From NCBI RefSeq assembly GCF_047832375.1, contig NZ_CP181256.1, positions 2,235,750-2,299,749 of the forward strand: a stretch of 64,000 bases of DNA. Reading direction: 5' to 3'. Below the pieces are notes generated by a model, which was not told the DNA's origin, did no database searches, and was given only the letters and a program-made list of their open reading frames with translations. This DNA is from Dialister sp. GTDB lineage: Bacteria > Bacillota > Negativicutes > Veillonellales > Dialisteraceae. This document shows, piece by piece, positions 36,546-46,270 of the stretch; positions within the stretch are counted from its first letter, which is position 1; the number at the start of each line of letters is the position of its first letter. Position numbers and translations under genes: made by a program.

Positions 36546-36803
36546 CAAATTGCGGTTTGACGAGCTGTTGGAGCGGTGCTGATGGATAGAGTCATTCGCG
36601 CGGGGGCTTCTAGCTACTAGCTTCTAGCAACTAGGAAAGCTCTACAGCCTACGGCACGAATGACTGGCGGAAATACCGGATGGGAAGCGCCGCAGGCTGG
36701 CCAGCTTTCCTGGCAGCTAGAAGCTAAAAGCTAGCAGCCCCGTGCCAGTGACTCTGTCCAACAGCATGCCAAACCGCTCGCTCTAACAGCTCACTGAAAT
36801 TGG
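36546..36803. repeat. Family A repeat copy A13 (full, centre forward)
   Basis: ACAAATTGCGGTTTGACGAGCTG ... CAGCTCACTGAAATTGG. Confidence 0.9.
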
Positions 36804-36816
36804 CACATCAGCTTAA

Positions 36817-36848
36817 AAAAAGCGGCAGTTCAAAACCTGCCGCTTTTT
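36817..36848 (-). terminator. intrinsic (bidirectional) terminator after the URO-D family gene
   Basis: AAAAAGCGGCAG-ttcaaaac-CTGCCGCTTTTT, abutting the stop codon at 36849-36851. Confidence 0.8.
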
Positions 36849-37868
36849 CTATGCTCCAAACATTTTCCGCTCGATTTCTTCCTTTGCCTTTCTCACGAAA
36901 GACAGCATTTCCTCATCCAAAGGATATCGGATGACGCAGCCCGGGGAAAGGATGACCTTCCGGCCCCCCGTTTTCTTCAGGGTCTCATAAATCTGGTATT
37001 CGATCTCATTTTTATGGTGCTCCGTAATATCCATCCGCTCCAGTCCTGCCATGATGCACTTTCCCGTCATGAGCTGGGCCTCTGCAATGTCCGGGAGCGA
37101 CTCCCAGGCATGCCAGTTGAAAATCTGGACCGGATATTTCCGAAGGAGGGGAAACATAATATTTTTCCCGTGGCCGTGGAGCACATTACACCAGCCCGAC
37201 GAAGCCGCCAGCACCGCCAGGTCATAGGGCATGCCGTACTCCCGGTAGAAGGACTCCTCCGTCAGGTTGTAGGAGGAAAGCTGGGTGGCAAAGAATATGC
37301 CGTCTGCCCCCAGTTCGATGACCCGCTGCACGAGTCCGCAGGTGGTTTCGGTGATGGCCTTCAAGGCCTGCTTCACTTTGTCCCCATGGCCCTGCCGGAT
37401 GTGGTCCATCATGGAGGGGCACAGTTTATTGGCCGTGGTGAGCGGGGAAAAGACAGTAAAAATCACAGGGACCTCTCCCTTCGTCTTATCCAAGAGAAGC
37501 TTCAGGTATCTCTGCTCCCGGGCCAGGGCGCCCTCATTCACCGACACTGGCTCGATTTTCAGCCAGTCCTCCGGTTCCTTCACCGGCGTGTCCGTAATCT
37601 TTGCCACGCCGCCTTTGGGAATATCGGAGAAGTCGGTTTTAGCCCCAAAGTCTTCCACGCTGTACATACCGTTATTCATGGTTTTTAAAATATCTACGTC
37701 ATATTTTTTATAGAAATCATAGGTATGTTCCGCATTTTTAACCGGATCCAGGTCAATCATGGGCAGGTGGGACCAGAGAGAATAGGGCACCCGGTCCACG
37801 GGGTCCCCCGCGATGGCCGCCTGTATCCGTTCTCTTTTTGTCATCTGCTGCGGTGCTTTTTTCTTCAT
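36849..37868 (-). CDS. uroporphyrinogen decarboxylase (URO-D) family protein, MtaA/CmuA-like
   Basis: TKRERIQAAIAGDPVDRVPYSLWSH N-terminus and overall length are typical of URO-D-fold enzymes. Start at MKKKAPQQ behind AAGGAGG (track start 37898). Confidence 0.6.
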   Translation of the reverse strand: MKKKAPQQMTKRERIQAAIAGDPVDRVPYSLWSHLPMIDLDPVKNAEHTYDFYKKYDVDILKTMNNGMYSVEDFGAKTDFSDIPKGGVAKITDTPVKEPEDWLKIEPVSVNEGALAREQRYLKLLLDKTKGEVPVIFTVFSPLTTANKLCPSMMDHIRQGHGDKVKQALKAITETTCGLVQRVIELGADGIFFATQLSSYNLTEESFYREYGMPYDLAVLAASSGWCNVLHGHGKNIMFPLLRKYPVQIFNWHAWESLPDIAEAQLMTGKCIMAGLERMDITEHHKNEIEYQIYETLKKTGGRKVILSPGCVIRYPLDEEMLSFVRKAKEEIERKMFGA

Positions 37869-37894
37869 GCTTACCTCCTTGGGATGATGGTTCA

Positions 37895-38139
37895 TCAAAT
37901 TGCGGTTTGTCGAGCTGATGGGTTTTGCATGCTGACGGGTAGAGTCACTCGCATGGAGCTCCTAGCTTCTAGCTGTTAGCTGCTAGGGAAGCCGGTCCGC
38001 CTGCGGCGCTTCTACCCGGTATTCCCGTCAGTCATTCATGCTGTAGGCTGGCCAGCTTTCCTAGGAGCTAGCAGCTAGAAGCTCCGCACAAATGACTCTA
38101 CCCATCAGCGCCAAACCCAACAGCTCACTGAAATTGGCC
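37895..38139. repeat. Family A repeat copy A14 (full, centre reversed) filling the MATE to URO-D spacer
   Basis: TCAAATTGCGGTTTGTCGAGCTG ... GGTCCGCCTGCGGCGC...CAGTCATTCATGCTGTAGGCTG ... CAGCTCACTGAAATTGGCC. Both flanking genes are on the minus strand. Confidence 0.9.
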
Positions 38140-38146
38140 GTATTCA

Positions 38147-39478
38147 TCACTGTTCCATCAGTTTCCTGTACCCCTTCATAATACCATAGATATCGGCCAA
38201 CGCCCAGCCGATAGGGATGGATAGCCAGATGCCTGTGACGCCGAAGAAGGGAATCGCCGACAGCACATAGGCCAGCACCACCCGGGTGCCCAGGGAGAGG
38301 ATAGTAAGAATGACGCTCATCCCTGCCCGTTTGATGGCACGATAATAGCCGTAGAGCATGAAAAGGATACCGATCCCTATATAGCAGCTGCCCTCGATAC
38401 GGAGGTAATGGCTGCCGATGGCAATGACCTCTTTTGCCGTATCCGGTACGAAGAATCCCATGAGCACCGGCGCCAGGATGGAAACGATGAGACTGGCGGC
38501 GATGGAAAAGGCAAGTACCATTTTCCCCGCCGTTATGACACCATCCCGGATCCGCTTTCTGTTTCCTGCCCCATAATTCTGGGCCACATAGGTGGAAAAG
38601 CCGTTGCCGAAATCCTGGAGCGGCGAATAGGCGATGGTATCGATTTTTACTCCTGCCGCAAAGGCTGCCATGACGGCGGTGCCGAAGCTGTTCACCAGCC
38701 CCTGTACCAAAAGAATTCCGAAGTTCATGATGGACTGCTGGAGACTCGTCAGGAGGGAGAGCTCTGACATATCCCGGAATATCTGCCTATCCCAGACCAT
38801 TTCTTCAAGGGACAGACGGAAATCCTTCTTCACCAGAAAACAGTATCCGAAGATACCGAGACCTGAAGCGTACTGGGAAATCACGGTGGCCTGGGCTGCC
38901 CCTGCCACGCCCCAGCCAAAGTAAACCACAAAGAGAATATCCAATACCACGTTCATGAGAGAGGACAGAATCAGGAAGGCCAGCGGTGTCACGGAGTCCC
39001 CCACGGCCCGCAGGAGGGCGGCGCCGAAGTTATAGAGGAACACCGCCACAATCCCCGTAAAAATCCACCATACGTATTCCCTGAAGTAGGGAACCACATC
39101 TGCCGGAGTCTGCATGAAGGACACAATGGGATCCAGGAGCACATAGACCGCCCCATTCATGACCACCGTCAGAAGGCCGATGGACACGAAGGAGATAAAT
39201 ACGGACTGCCGCATCCTGGAGAAATTCTTCTTGCCAAAACACAGGGAAAAATACACACTGCTTCCCATGGAAAGGCCGATGAGAATGGATGTGAGGAATA
39301 TCATAAGGGTATAGGCACTGCCCACAGCCGCCAGGGGCGCTTCTCCCAAGTACCGTCCCACAACGAGGGTATCCACGATGTTGTAAAGCTGCTGGAACAC
39401 ATTCCCCACCATCAGGGGCAGTGAAAAAATAAGAATCTTCCGAAAAATCGGCCCCGATGTAAAATCTATATCTCTCAT
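38147..39478 (-). CDS. MATE family efflux transporter
   Basis: MRDIDFTSGPIFRKILIFSLPLMVGNVFQQLYNIVDTLVVGRYLG N-terminus, 12 TM. Start behind a GGGAGAAATC RBS (track start 39577). Confidence 0.9.
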   Translation of the reverse strand: MRDIDFTSGPIFRKILIFSLPLMVGNVFQQLYNIVDTLVVGRYLGEAPLAAVGSAYTLMIFLTSILIGLSMGSSVYFSLCFGKKNFSRMRQSVFISFVSIGLLTVVMNGAVYVLLDPIVSFMQTPADVVPYFREYVWWIFTGIVAVFLYNFGAALLRAVGDSVTPLAFLILSSLMNVVLDILFVVYFGWGVAGAAQATVISQYASGLGIFGYCFLVKKDFRLSLEEMVWDRQIFRDMSELSLLTSLQQSIMNFGILLVQGLVNSFGTAVMAAFAAGVKIDTIAYSPLQDFGNGFSTYVAQNYGAGNRKRIRDGVITAGKMVLAFSIAASLIVSILAPVLMGFFVPDTAKEVIAIGSHYLRIEGSCYIGIGILFMLYGYYRAIKRAGMSVILTILSLGTRVVLAYVLSAIPFFGVTGIWLSIPIGWALADIYGIMKGYRKLMEQ

Positions 39479-39674
39479 GATTTCTCCCATTTTCTTCGTC
39501 CGGTGCGGACTGCAAGCTGCTTTTAGTATACACCATCCGCCGGTCCGCTTCTTCTCCCCTTTTCCAAGAGGGAACAATCCGGAGATAAGAGGAATTGCCG
39601 CTGTTTCCCATGAATTTCTGCAATAAAAAATCCGCCGGAATCATACGTTCCGACGGATTGAACTTATTAATGGA

Positions 39675-40322
39675 TTATTTCATATTGGCTGCAGCCCAGT
39701 CAGCCTTGAAACGGGCAATACCGTTATCGGTGAGAGGATGTTTCATGGCATCCATGAGTACCTGGAACGGAACGGTAGCAATATCCGCACCGGCCAGGGC
39801 ACACTGGGTAATGTGCTGGGGCTTACGGATAGATGCGGCGATGATCTTTGTTTCAATGCCGTGAAGTTCAAAGATTTCAGAAATGGTCTGAATCAGTTCG
39901 ATGCCATCCCAGCCGATATCATCGATGCGTCCTACGAAGGGGCTCACGAAGGAAGCGCCGGCACGGGCAGCCAGGAGCGCCTGGTTCGCAGAGAATACGA
40001 GGGTCACATTGGTACGGATACCCAGTTTTTTGAGACCTTTAACGGCTTTCATACCTTCCGGAGTCATGGGGATCTTCACAACCACATGGGGGTCCAGGCC
40101 TGCCAGGACCTTCCCTTCTTCAATCATCCCTTCCGCATCATCAGCCAGCACTTCGGCGGAAATAGGGCCATCCACAATGGAAGCGATTTCCTTAATGGTG
40201 GAATGGAAATCCTTGCCTTCCTTTGCAATGAGGGATGGATTGGTAGTCACACCGGAAATAAATCCCATATCGTTGGCTTTACGAATGGCTTCTACATCAG
40301 CGGTATCAATAAATAATTCCAT
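39675..40322 (-). CDS. fructose-6-phosphate aldolase / short-form (type 3B) transaldolase
   Basis: 215 aa. [31 protein letters not shown] and catalytic-Lys region VVVKIPMT. Confidence 0.9.
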   Translation of the reverse strand: MELFIDTADVEAIRKANDMGFISGVTTNPSLIAKEGKDFHSTIKEIASIVDGPISAEVLADDAEGMIEEGKVLAGLDPHVVVKIPMTPEGMKAVKGLKKLGIRTNVTLVFSANQALLAARAGASFVSPFVGRIDDIGWDGIELIQTISEIFELHGIETKIIAASIRKPQHITQCALAGADIATVPFQVLMDAMKHPLTDNGIARFKADWAAANMK

Positions 40323-40739
40323 TTTCTTTTCTCCTTTACCTATTCGATATGTAATACATTTTCACACTAACCGCCGCTCCTGTCAATTGGAAAAGCGTAA
40401 AAAGGGGGTAAAAGAAATGTCCCGTCCCATGGCTGCGGGATGATCTGCCTGTTTCATGGGTTTCCCTGCAGGCCGGAGTATTTCTTCCCCAGTTTTTCCC
40501 TATGGCTATTAATAAAATTGTTCTATATATCGGGATAATGATTATGGGATTCTCATTTTCCCATTCACTTCCTCGATACTATCTATCAGTTCATAATTCC
40601 TTAAGGTCGTGAATTAATTCTATATATTTCTAAATTATAATGCATGAAATCTGTATTTTATTGATTATTAATAGACTAGAGTGTATAATTGAATAAAAGA
40701 ATCTATCATTTCCATTGTATTGCAATCCAGGGGGATATC

Positions 40740-41654
40740 ATGAAATTAACGCTCCTCGCTTTGAGCTATTTCCAGAAAACAGCTGAGCTCCAGCACCTGA
40801 CCCGTGCTGCGGAAGCCCTTCATATTTCCCAGCCATCTCTTTCCCACACCATCAAAGTTCTGGAAACAGAACTGGGGGTCCCGCTTTTTTCCAGAAGCGG
40901 ACGAAACATTGTACTCACCAGATATGGCGAAATCCTGCTCCGCCATACGAACCGCATCATGCAGGAACTTCATGGCGCCCAGAAAGAATTGGAAGATACG
41001 AAAGAAGCCCAGAAACTGACCGTCACCATTTCCCTTTTTGCCGCTTCCATGATTATCCCCGCCTTCCTCACCCGGTTCCGCCAGGAACATCCGGATATCC
41101 GCTTTGAAATCCTCCAGCAGCACAATAAACCGGGACAGCAGAACCAGAGCCACGTGGACCTCTTCCTGTCCTCCTCTATTAACCCCATAGAAAACGACCA
41201 CTCCGTCACCCTGTTGAAAGAGGATATTATGCTGGCCATGCCGGATACGGACCCCCATGCCCGCAAATCTTCCGTGAACCTGGACGAATTTGAAAAGGCG
41301 GGATTCATTTCCCTGGAAGCCGGATCCAGCCTTCGGACTATCACCGACTTTTACTGCCGTATGGCAGGATTTGTCCCCCATGTGGTACTGGAAAGCGACA
41401 GTCCCATGACGGTTCGTGAATTTATCAGGGCAGGGCTCGGTGTATCCTTTGCTCCTAGGATTACCTGGCACGGCGTGGGCGGTGACCATGTGGCCCTCGT
41501 CCCCATCGCATCGCCAAACTGCCAGCGCTATATCAGCCTGTCCTGGAAAAAGGGAGAAAAGCTCTCACCTCCGGCAGAAATGCTGAAGAAATATATCATC
41601 GACAACTTCTCCGACTACGCCAGGGAATACGCCGGACTCCCACCGGAAAGATAA
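40740..41654 (+). CDS. LysR family transcriptional regulator
   Basis: HTH: LSYFQKTAELQHLTRAAEALHISQPSLSHTIKVLETELGVPLFSRSGR. Start at MKLTLLAL (track start 40689). Confidence 0.9.
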   Translation: MKLTLLALSYFQKTAELQHLTRAAEALHISQPSLSHTIKVLETELGVPLFSRSGRNIVLTRYGEILLRHTNRIMQELHGAQKELEDTKEAQKLTVTISLFAASMIIPAFLTRFRQEHPDIRFEILQQHNKPGQQNQSHVDLFLSSSINPIENDHSVTLLKEDIMLAMPDTDPHARKSSVNLDEFEKAGFISLEAGSSLRTITDFYCRMAGFVPHVVLESDSPMTVREFIRAGLGVSFAPRITWHGVGGDHVALVPIASPNCQRYISLSWKKGEKLSPPAEMLKKYIIDNFSDYAREYAGLPPER

Positions 41655-41665
41655 TAAAGCCGCCC

Positions 41666-41700
41666 AAAGGGGAACCATGGATTCATGGTTCCCCTTTTTC
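41666..41700 (+). terminator. intrinsic terminator after the LysR gene
   Basis: AAAGGGGAACCATG-gatt-CATGGTTCCCCTTTTTC. Confidence 0.85.
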
Positions 41701-41824
41701 ATGCAGGCAACCCGGATATAGGCATTTGAAATCGTAAAATCCGGTTGCCCCAGGGGCCGCTATAGTTTATAGTAGTCCTGTAGAACATAAATTCAGTATG
41801 ATACATACTCCAAAGGAGTCAACC

Positions 41825-42559
41825 ATGCCAAGAAAATCGAAATTCGAAGAAGAAGACCTGTTTTCCACCTCCTCCCCTTCTCCCGACCTGAATAAGAAAG
41901 ATTCCAAAAAGAATTTACCCCACGCCCCAGAAAAAAGCACCGCCCCCCTCCGGCCGGCGGAAGAAGCAGCTGCCCATGCATGGAAAGAAAAGATCTGGGA
42001 ATTTGACCTGACCATGCCTTCCCAGGCCATGAAGGATGCCATGAAAGCATCCATGCTGCAGGAGGGATTCGGAAAAAGGGAAGCCAATAAGGTATTCAAA
42101 GGCCTGTTCTTTAAAGAAAAAGTGTGCAATACCAGGACCCAGGCCCTGGAGTACTTAGAGACCATCCCCACCTCCTATGGGGTGAAGTACAAAATCGGCA
42201 TTGCCCCGTCTCCCCGCATGGTGTCCCTGGAAAAGCGGCTTCAGGAAAAAGAAGACCGGCTGAAATCATTCAGGAAAGAACAGAAGGAAAAGGATAAAAA
42301 GAAATTCAGCCTTCCCTTCATTACATGCCCCCACTGCCACTCCCGGGTGAACCGGGACTATATCCACCTGCCCCTCTGCCCGGTCTGCGGAAAGGACCTC
42401 CATCCCGATACCACCTTAAAGACCCTGGCCTCCCTGGAGGAAGCGGTAAAAGAGCTGAAGAAGCGGTACGAAGACACAGCCCGGAAATATAACAGCAAAT
42501 TCACAGGCGGCGAGAAATGGATCATCCGCCTCGTCAATCCGCTGTATGAAGAAGATTGA
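41825..42559 (+). CDS. hypothetical protein with disordered N-terminus, coiled-coil and a CxxC...CxxC zinc ribbon
   Basis: 244 aa from MPRKSKFEEE behind AAAGGAG. ITCPHCHSRVNRDYIHLPLCPVCGKDL ribbon, flanked by K/E-rich helices. I do not recognise any family. Confidence 0.6.
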   Translation: MPRKSKFEEEDLFSTSSPSPDLNKKDSKKNLPHAPEKSTAPLRPAEEAAAHAWKEKIWEFDLTMPSQAMKDAMKASMLQEGFGKREANKVFKGLFFKEKVCNTRTQALEYLETIPTSYGVKYKIGIAPSPRMVSLEKRLQEKEDRLKSFRKEQKEKDKKKFSLPFITCPHCHSRVNRDYIHLPLCPVCGKDLHPDTTLKTLASLEEAVKELKKRYEDTARKYNSKFTGGEKWIIRLVNPLYEED

Positions 42560-42566
42560 GGGTATT

Positions 42567-42828
42567 GCCAATTTCAGTTTATCGAGCTGTTGGGTATGGC
42601 GATGATGGATAGCGTCATTCGTGCGGAGGCTTCTGGCTGCTAGCTCCTAGCTTCCAGGAAAGATTAACAGCCTACGGCATGAATGACTGACGGAAACAGA
42701 TAGGAAGCGCCGCAGGCAGGTCAGCTTTCCTGGCAGCTAACAGCTAGAAGCTAGCAGCCCCGTGCCAGTGACTCTGTCCAACAGCATGCCAAACCACTCA
42801 CTCTAACAGCTCGATAAACCACAATTGG
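42567..42828. repeat. Family A repeat copy A15 (full, centre forward)
   Basis: GCCAATTTCAGTTTATCGAGCTG ... CAGCTCGATAAACCACAATTGG. Confidence 0.9.
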
Positions 42829-42867
42829 ATGAAGCGCCTTTTCTCAACGTCTATCAGTGGCGATCGA

Positions 42868-43521
42868 GTAGGAGGCGGGCATCGGCCCGCCGACCTCTCA
42901 CACCACCGTACGTACCGTTCGGTATACGGCGGTTCCTTAGTTTTCGCATTCCTGCTTATGCAAGTCTGCGATGATGTTGTTGTTTTCAGCAATCCTCACA
43001 TGGATGGGCACTCCGGCATATCCTTGCTGTTCCGCAGCTACTTTCTGCCAGTAGTCTTCTTTCTGAAGTTGTCTGCCTTTAAGCCCATGGTTGGTTACTT
43101 TCATTGACTAACATCTCCTAAAGTTCGGCCCTTCCCAGATGCCCATGAGCCATCTGGTACTATGGCCTCTGCTGACTTCTCACGGCAAATCTTATTTCAA
43201 CCACAGCACAGCCCAGTAAATACAGCCTTATTCTGCTGTGTCCGTGAGACCTCCCCAGGTAAGAACGTATTCTTTCTCTCCATCTATCCGCCACATCTAC
43301 TCTACAGGATTCCGTACAGCTATGGGACTTCAGTTTGTTTGGCAACCTTATCCACCCTGTATTAGCCTTATGTGGTTCTTGTACATCGGACCGGAGATTT
43401 GCCTGCACCTTCCTTCAGATTCCACCTCACGATGGACACCCTTGGTGTTCAGCTATGACCTTCCCGCTGTCGGGTAGTCTTGGGACTTTCACCCTTGAGA
43501 ATACGCCCATGCTGGGCGCAC
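42868..43521 (-). mobile_element. class C (IIC) group II intron, ORF-less / IEP-deleted derivative
   Basis: The minus strand starts GTGCGCCCAGCATGGGCG...GGGTGAAAGTCCC...GGAATCTGAAGGAAGG...TTCTTACCTGGGGAGGTCTC...GAAGTCAGCAGAGGCCATAGTACC. Domain V is CCGCCGTATACCGAACGGTACGTACGGTGG (42933-42904), followed by a domain VI hairpin. Domain IV holds only a 55-codon ORF (43107-42943). The 3' end is approximate. Confidence 0.85.
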
Positions 43522-43522
43522 C

Positions 43523-43566
43523 AAAAAAACTCCCGTTCCGAAACCATCGGAATGGGAGTTTTTTAT
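43523..43566 (-). terminator. intrinsic terminator of mdcA; also the apparent homing site of the IIC intron
   Basis: On the minus strand: AAAAAACTCCCATTCCGA-tggtt-TCGGAACGGGAGTTTTTTT, then G, then the intron 5' GTGCG. Confidence 0.85.
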
Positions 43567-43584
43567 TGCTTATTCAGGCCTCGA

Positions 43585-45258
43585 TTACCAGTTTCTGAAT
43601 TTAGCCGGCGGATCATAGAGGCCGCCGGACCAGTCTACGAGGTCCTTCATATTCTTGGCAGCCAGGAGGTCCCTTGTGGCTGCTGCGGGGTTGATGCCCA
43701 GGTCTTCCGGAAGCTTCACGATGCCTTCCTTCCGGAGTCTCTTTGTGACTTCCGGATCTTCCTGTTTGCCCACATCCGTCTTACCTGCAACGGCACGGAT
43801 AGCATCCATTCTTTCTTCCATGTTGTGGCACTTATGGAGGTAGGCGATACCCACTTCAGATACGATATGGGTGAGGTCATCGGAGTAAATCATAATCGGT
43901 TCCAGGTCCAGGTTGGCGTTCTTCTTCAGGGCCACTGCATCCAGCTGGTCCACGAAGCCCGGGAAGCCTTTGGCAGAAACGGTGGTAATCATCTGGACCA
44001 CCAGCTTCTTGCCGCGGTTCCGGTCGCCCATGAGTTCATAGCGGTTGGCTACTTCTTCGCCGCACTTCTTCCATGCTTCCGTTACATGGCGGCGGCCCTT
44101 GGCATCGCAGCCCATGTTCGGAGCACCGCCGAATCCGGCCACATTGTTCTTTGTGGCGGTAGAGGAGTTGCCGAACCGGTCGATCTGCATGGTGGAGCCG
44201 ATGAACATGTCTGCCGCATAATGGCCGGCAGCCTGGCAGAAGGCACGGTTGGAACGCATGGTGCCATCAGGTCCGATAGCAAAGATATCCGGACGGGCTT
44301 TGATGTATTCTTCCATGCCCACTTCGGAGCCGAAGGAATAGACCGCCTGTACCCAGCCTGTTTCAATGGCAGGAATCAGGGTAGGATGGGGATTCAGTAC
44401 CCAGTGGGTGCAGATCTTGCCCTTGAGACCCAGGGATTCACCGAAGGTCGGAAGAAGCAGTTCTACCGCTGCCGTATCATAGCCTACGCCATGGTTCAGG
44501 ACTTTAACGCCATATTCTGCATAAATGCCTTTGATGGCCATCATGGCCTTCATGATGCGGTCGTCCGTAATCTTGGCAGGGTCACGGGTGAAGAGGGGAT
44601 TCAGGAGGTACGGAGTCGGTGCTTCAATGACGAAGTCCACCCAGTCCGCCGGGATATCCACTCTCGGTACCTTGTCTACAATCTTGTTGACCTGGAAAAT
44701 GACGATGCCCTGGTTGAATTTCGTAGCTTCTACGATGGCCGGTGTATCTTCCGTGGAGAAACCGGTGTAAATGTTGCCATCCTTATCGGCTGCATCAGCG
44801 CAGACCAGGGAAACTCTCGGTACCAGGTCGATGAAGTAGCGGGAATACATTTCCAGGTACGTATGGATAGCACCCAGTTCGATGCCCCCATTCTGTACCA
44901 TCTGGGCCAGCCGCTTGCCCTGGCTTCCGGCATAGGCGAAGTCCAGTTTCCGGGCAATCCCTTTATCAAAGACATCCAGGTGTTCCGGAATGGAAAGGGT
45001 GGACTGAATCATATGGAGATCATGGACTTTGGAAGGATCAACCTTGCACAGTTCCTTTGCCAGGAAATCAGCCTGTTTCTGGTTATCCCCTTCAATGTTT
45101 ACTTTATCACCGGGACGAAGAACTGCTTCCAGCAGTTTTACCGTATTATCGGCATCTACGATCTTTCCATCTGCATACACCCGGGCAGCAGCCAGTCTGG
45201 CAGCGGTATCGTCGCCTCTGGTATGCCAGTTCTTATTGGACGGTTTGATTTCTAACAT
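43585..45258 (-). CDS. mdcA: malonate decarboxylase alpha subunit homologue (acetyl-S-ACP:malonate ACP transferase / CoA-transferase fold)
   Basis: 557 aa. IEGDNQKQADFL, GIARKLDFAYAG, LFTRDP, HPTLIPAIETGW, GFGGAPNMG and C-terminal LVDWSGGLYDPPAKFRNW match my recollection of MdcA along the whole length. Confidence 0.85.
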   Translation of the reverse strand: MLEIKPSNKNWHTRGDDTAARLAAARVYADGKIVDADNTVKLLEAVLRPGDKVNIEGDNQKQADFLAKELCKVDPSKVHDLHMIQSTLSIPEHLDVFDKGIARKLDFAYAGSQGKRLAQMVQNGGIELGAIHTYLEMYSRYFIDLVPRVSLVCADAADKDGNIYTGFSTEDTPAIVEATKFNQGIVIFQVNKIVDKVPRVDIPADWVDFVIEAPTPYLLNPLFTRDPAKITDDRIMKAMMAIKGIYAEYGVKVLNHGVGYDTAAVELLLPTFGESLGLKGKICTHWVLNPHPTLIPAIETGWVQAVYSFGSEVGMEEYIKARPDIFAIGPDGTMRSNRAFCQAAGHYAADMFIGSTMQIDRFGNSSTATKNNVAGFGGAPNMGCDAKGRRHVTEAWKKCGEEVANRYELMGDRNRGKKLVVQMITTVSAKGFPGFVDQLDAVALKKNANLDLEPIMIYSDDLTHIVSEVGIAYLHKCHNMEERMDAIRAVAGKTDVGKQEDPEVTKRLRKEGIVKLPEDLGINPAAATRDLLAAKNMKDLVDWSGGLYDPPAKFRNW

Positions 45259-45490
45259 AGCATGAAGTCCTTTCTTTTATAACAAGAGAAATGAAAGTGT
45301 CAGCAGCTCAGGCTGCTTTGTATACAGGTCTCATATTTTTATTATAGCCCCTTCTGAAATTGGTTTTCAGGTCCGGGGTACCCACCGCGGGCACCCCGTC
45401 CCCGAAAAGGAAGGGAATCATTCCGGCTCGGCTCCCTGTGAGAGGCGGGAATGTAAATTCCCAGGACCGCCTCCCCGGAATGGGAAGTCC

Positions 45491-46255
45491 TCAGAAAAAC
45501 AGGGTAGTGAGGAAGTAGAACACCGATGGGAAGAGCAGGCATCCCAGACCGGTATAGAAGGTAGCCGTCATGGCTGCGTAGGGCACAAGCCTCGGGTTCA
45601 CGGCTGCCATACCGGCTGCAGTGCCGGAGGTGGTTCCCATGATGCCGCCGAAAGCCATGGCAGACTGGGGGTTATCAATGGACAGCGGTTTTGCCACGAA
45701 AGGCGTTACCACCATGACCAGTACCGATTTCACAACGCCGGCAGCGATAGAAATCGCAATGACTTCAGAGGAAGCGCCCAGGGCGGCCCCGGTAACCGGT
45801 CCTACCACGAAGGTGGCCACGCCGGCGCCGATGGTGACAAGGTCCACGGCACTGGTGTATCCCAGGGGATAAGCCACTGCAATGCCTGCTACGAGGCAGA
45901 CAAATTCACCGAAGAACAGGGAAGCCACGCCGCGCCATCCGATTTTCTTGATTTCCCGAAGGTCTGCACCGAAGGCAGTGGAGACGATGGCGAAATCCCG
46001 GAACATGGCGCCGCCCACAAGACCCATACCTGCAAAGAGAGGTATGTCGGCAATCCCTTTATGTCCACCGGTAGTGACACCGCCGATATAGGCCAGGACC
46101 AGGCCCAGGAAAATGGCAATGGCGCTGCCATGGATGCGGCCCTTGGTAAGGCCCGCCAGTTTATAGGAAATATACATGACAATGCCCAGCAGTGCAAAGG
46201 CAAAAACCATGCCGTTTTTTACGAAAAGTTTTGTAATGATTGCTGCAAGATCCAT
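45491..46255 (-). CDS. madM: malonate transporter subunit MadM
   Basis: 254 aa. GRIHGSAIAIFLGLVLAYIGG, GGAMFRDFAIVSTAFG and RLVPYAAMTATFYTGLGCLL resemble the MadM family. Adjacent to madL and mdcA. Confidence 0.75.
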   Translation of the reverse strand: MDLAAIITKLFVKNGMVFAFALLGIVMYISYKLAGLTKGRIHGSAIAIFLGLVLAYIGGVTTGGHKGIADIPLFAGMGLVGGAMFRDFAIVSTAFGADLREIKKIGWRGVASLFFGEFVCLVAGIAVAYPLGYTSAVDLVTIGAGVATFVVGPVTGAALGASSEVIAISIAAGVVKSVLVMVVTPFVAKPLSIDNPQSAMAFGGIMGTTSGTAAGMAAVNPRLVPYAAMTATFYTGLGCLLFPSVFYFLTTLFF

Positions 46256-46270
46256 GATTTTCTGCCTCCT

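Noticed and set aside
42943-43107. 55-codon ORF with a good RBS (MKVTNHGLKGRQLQKEDYWQKV...) as an independent small gene or toxin
   Set aside because: It sits in domain IV of the group II intron and stops just before domain V. It is best explained as the remnant of the intron-encoded protein after an internal deletion.
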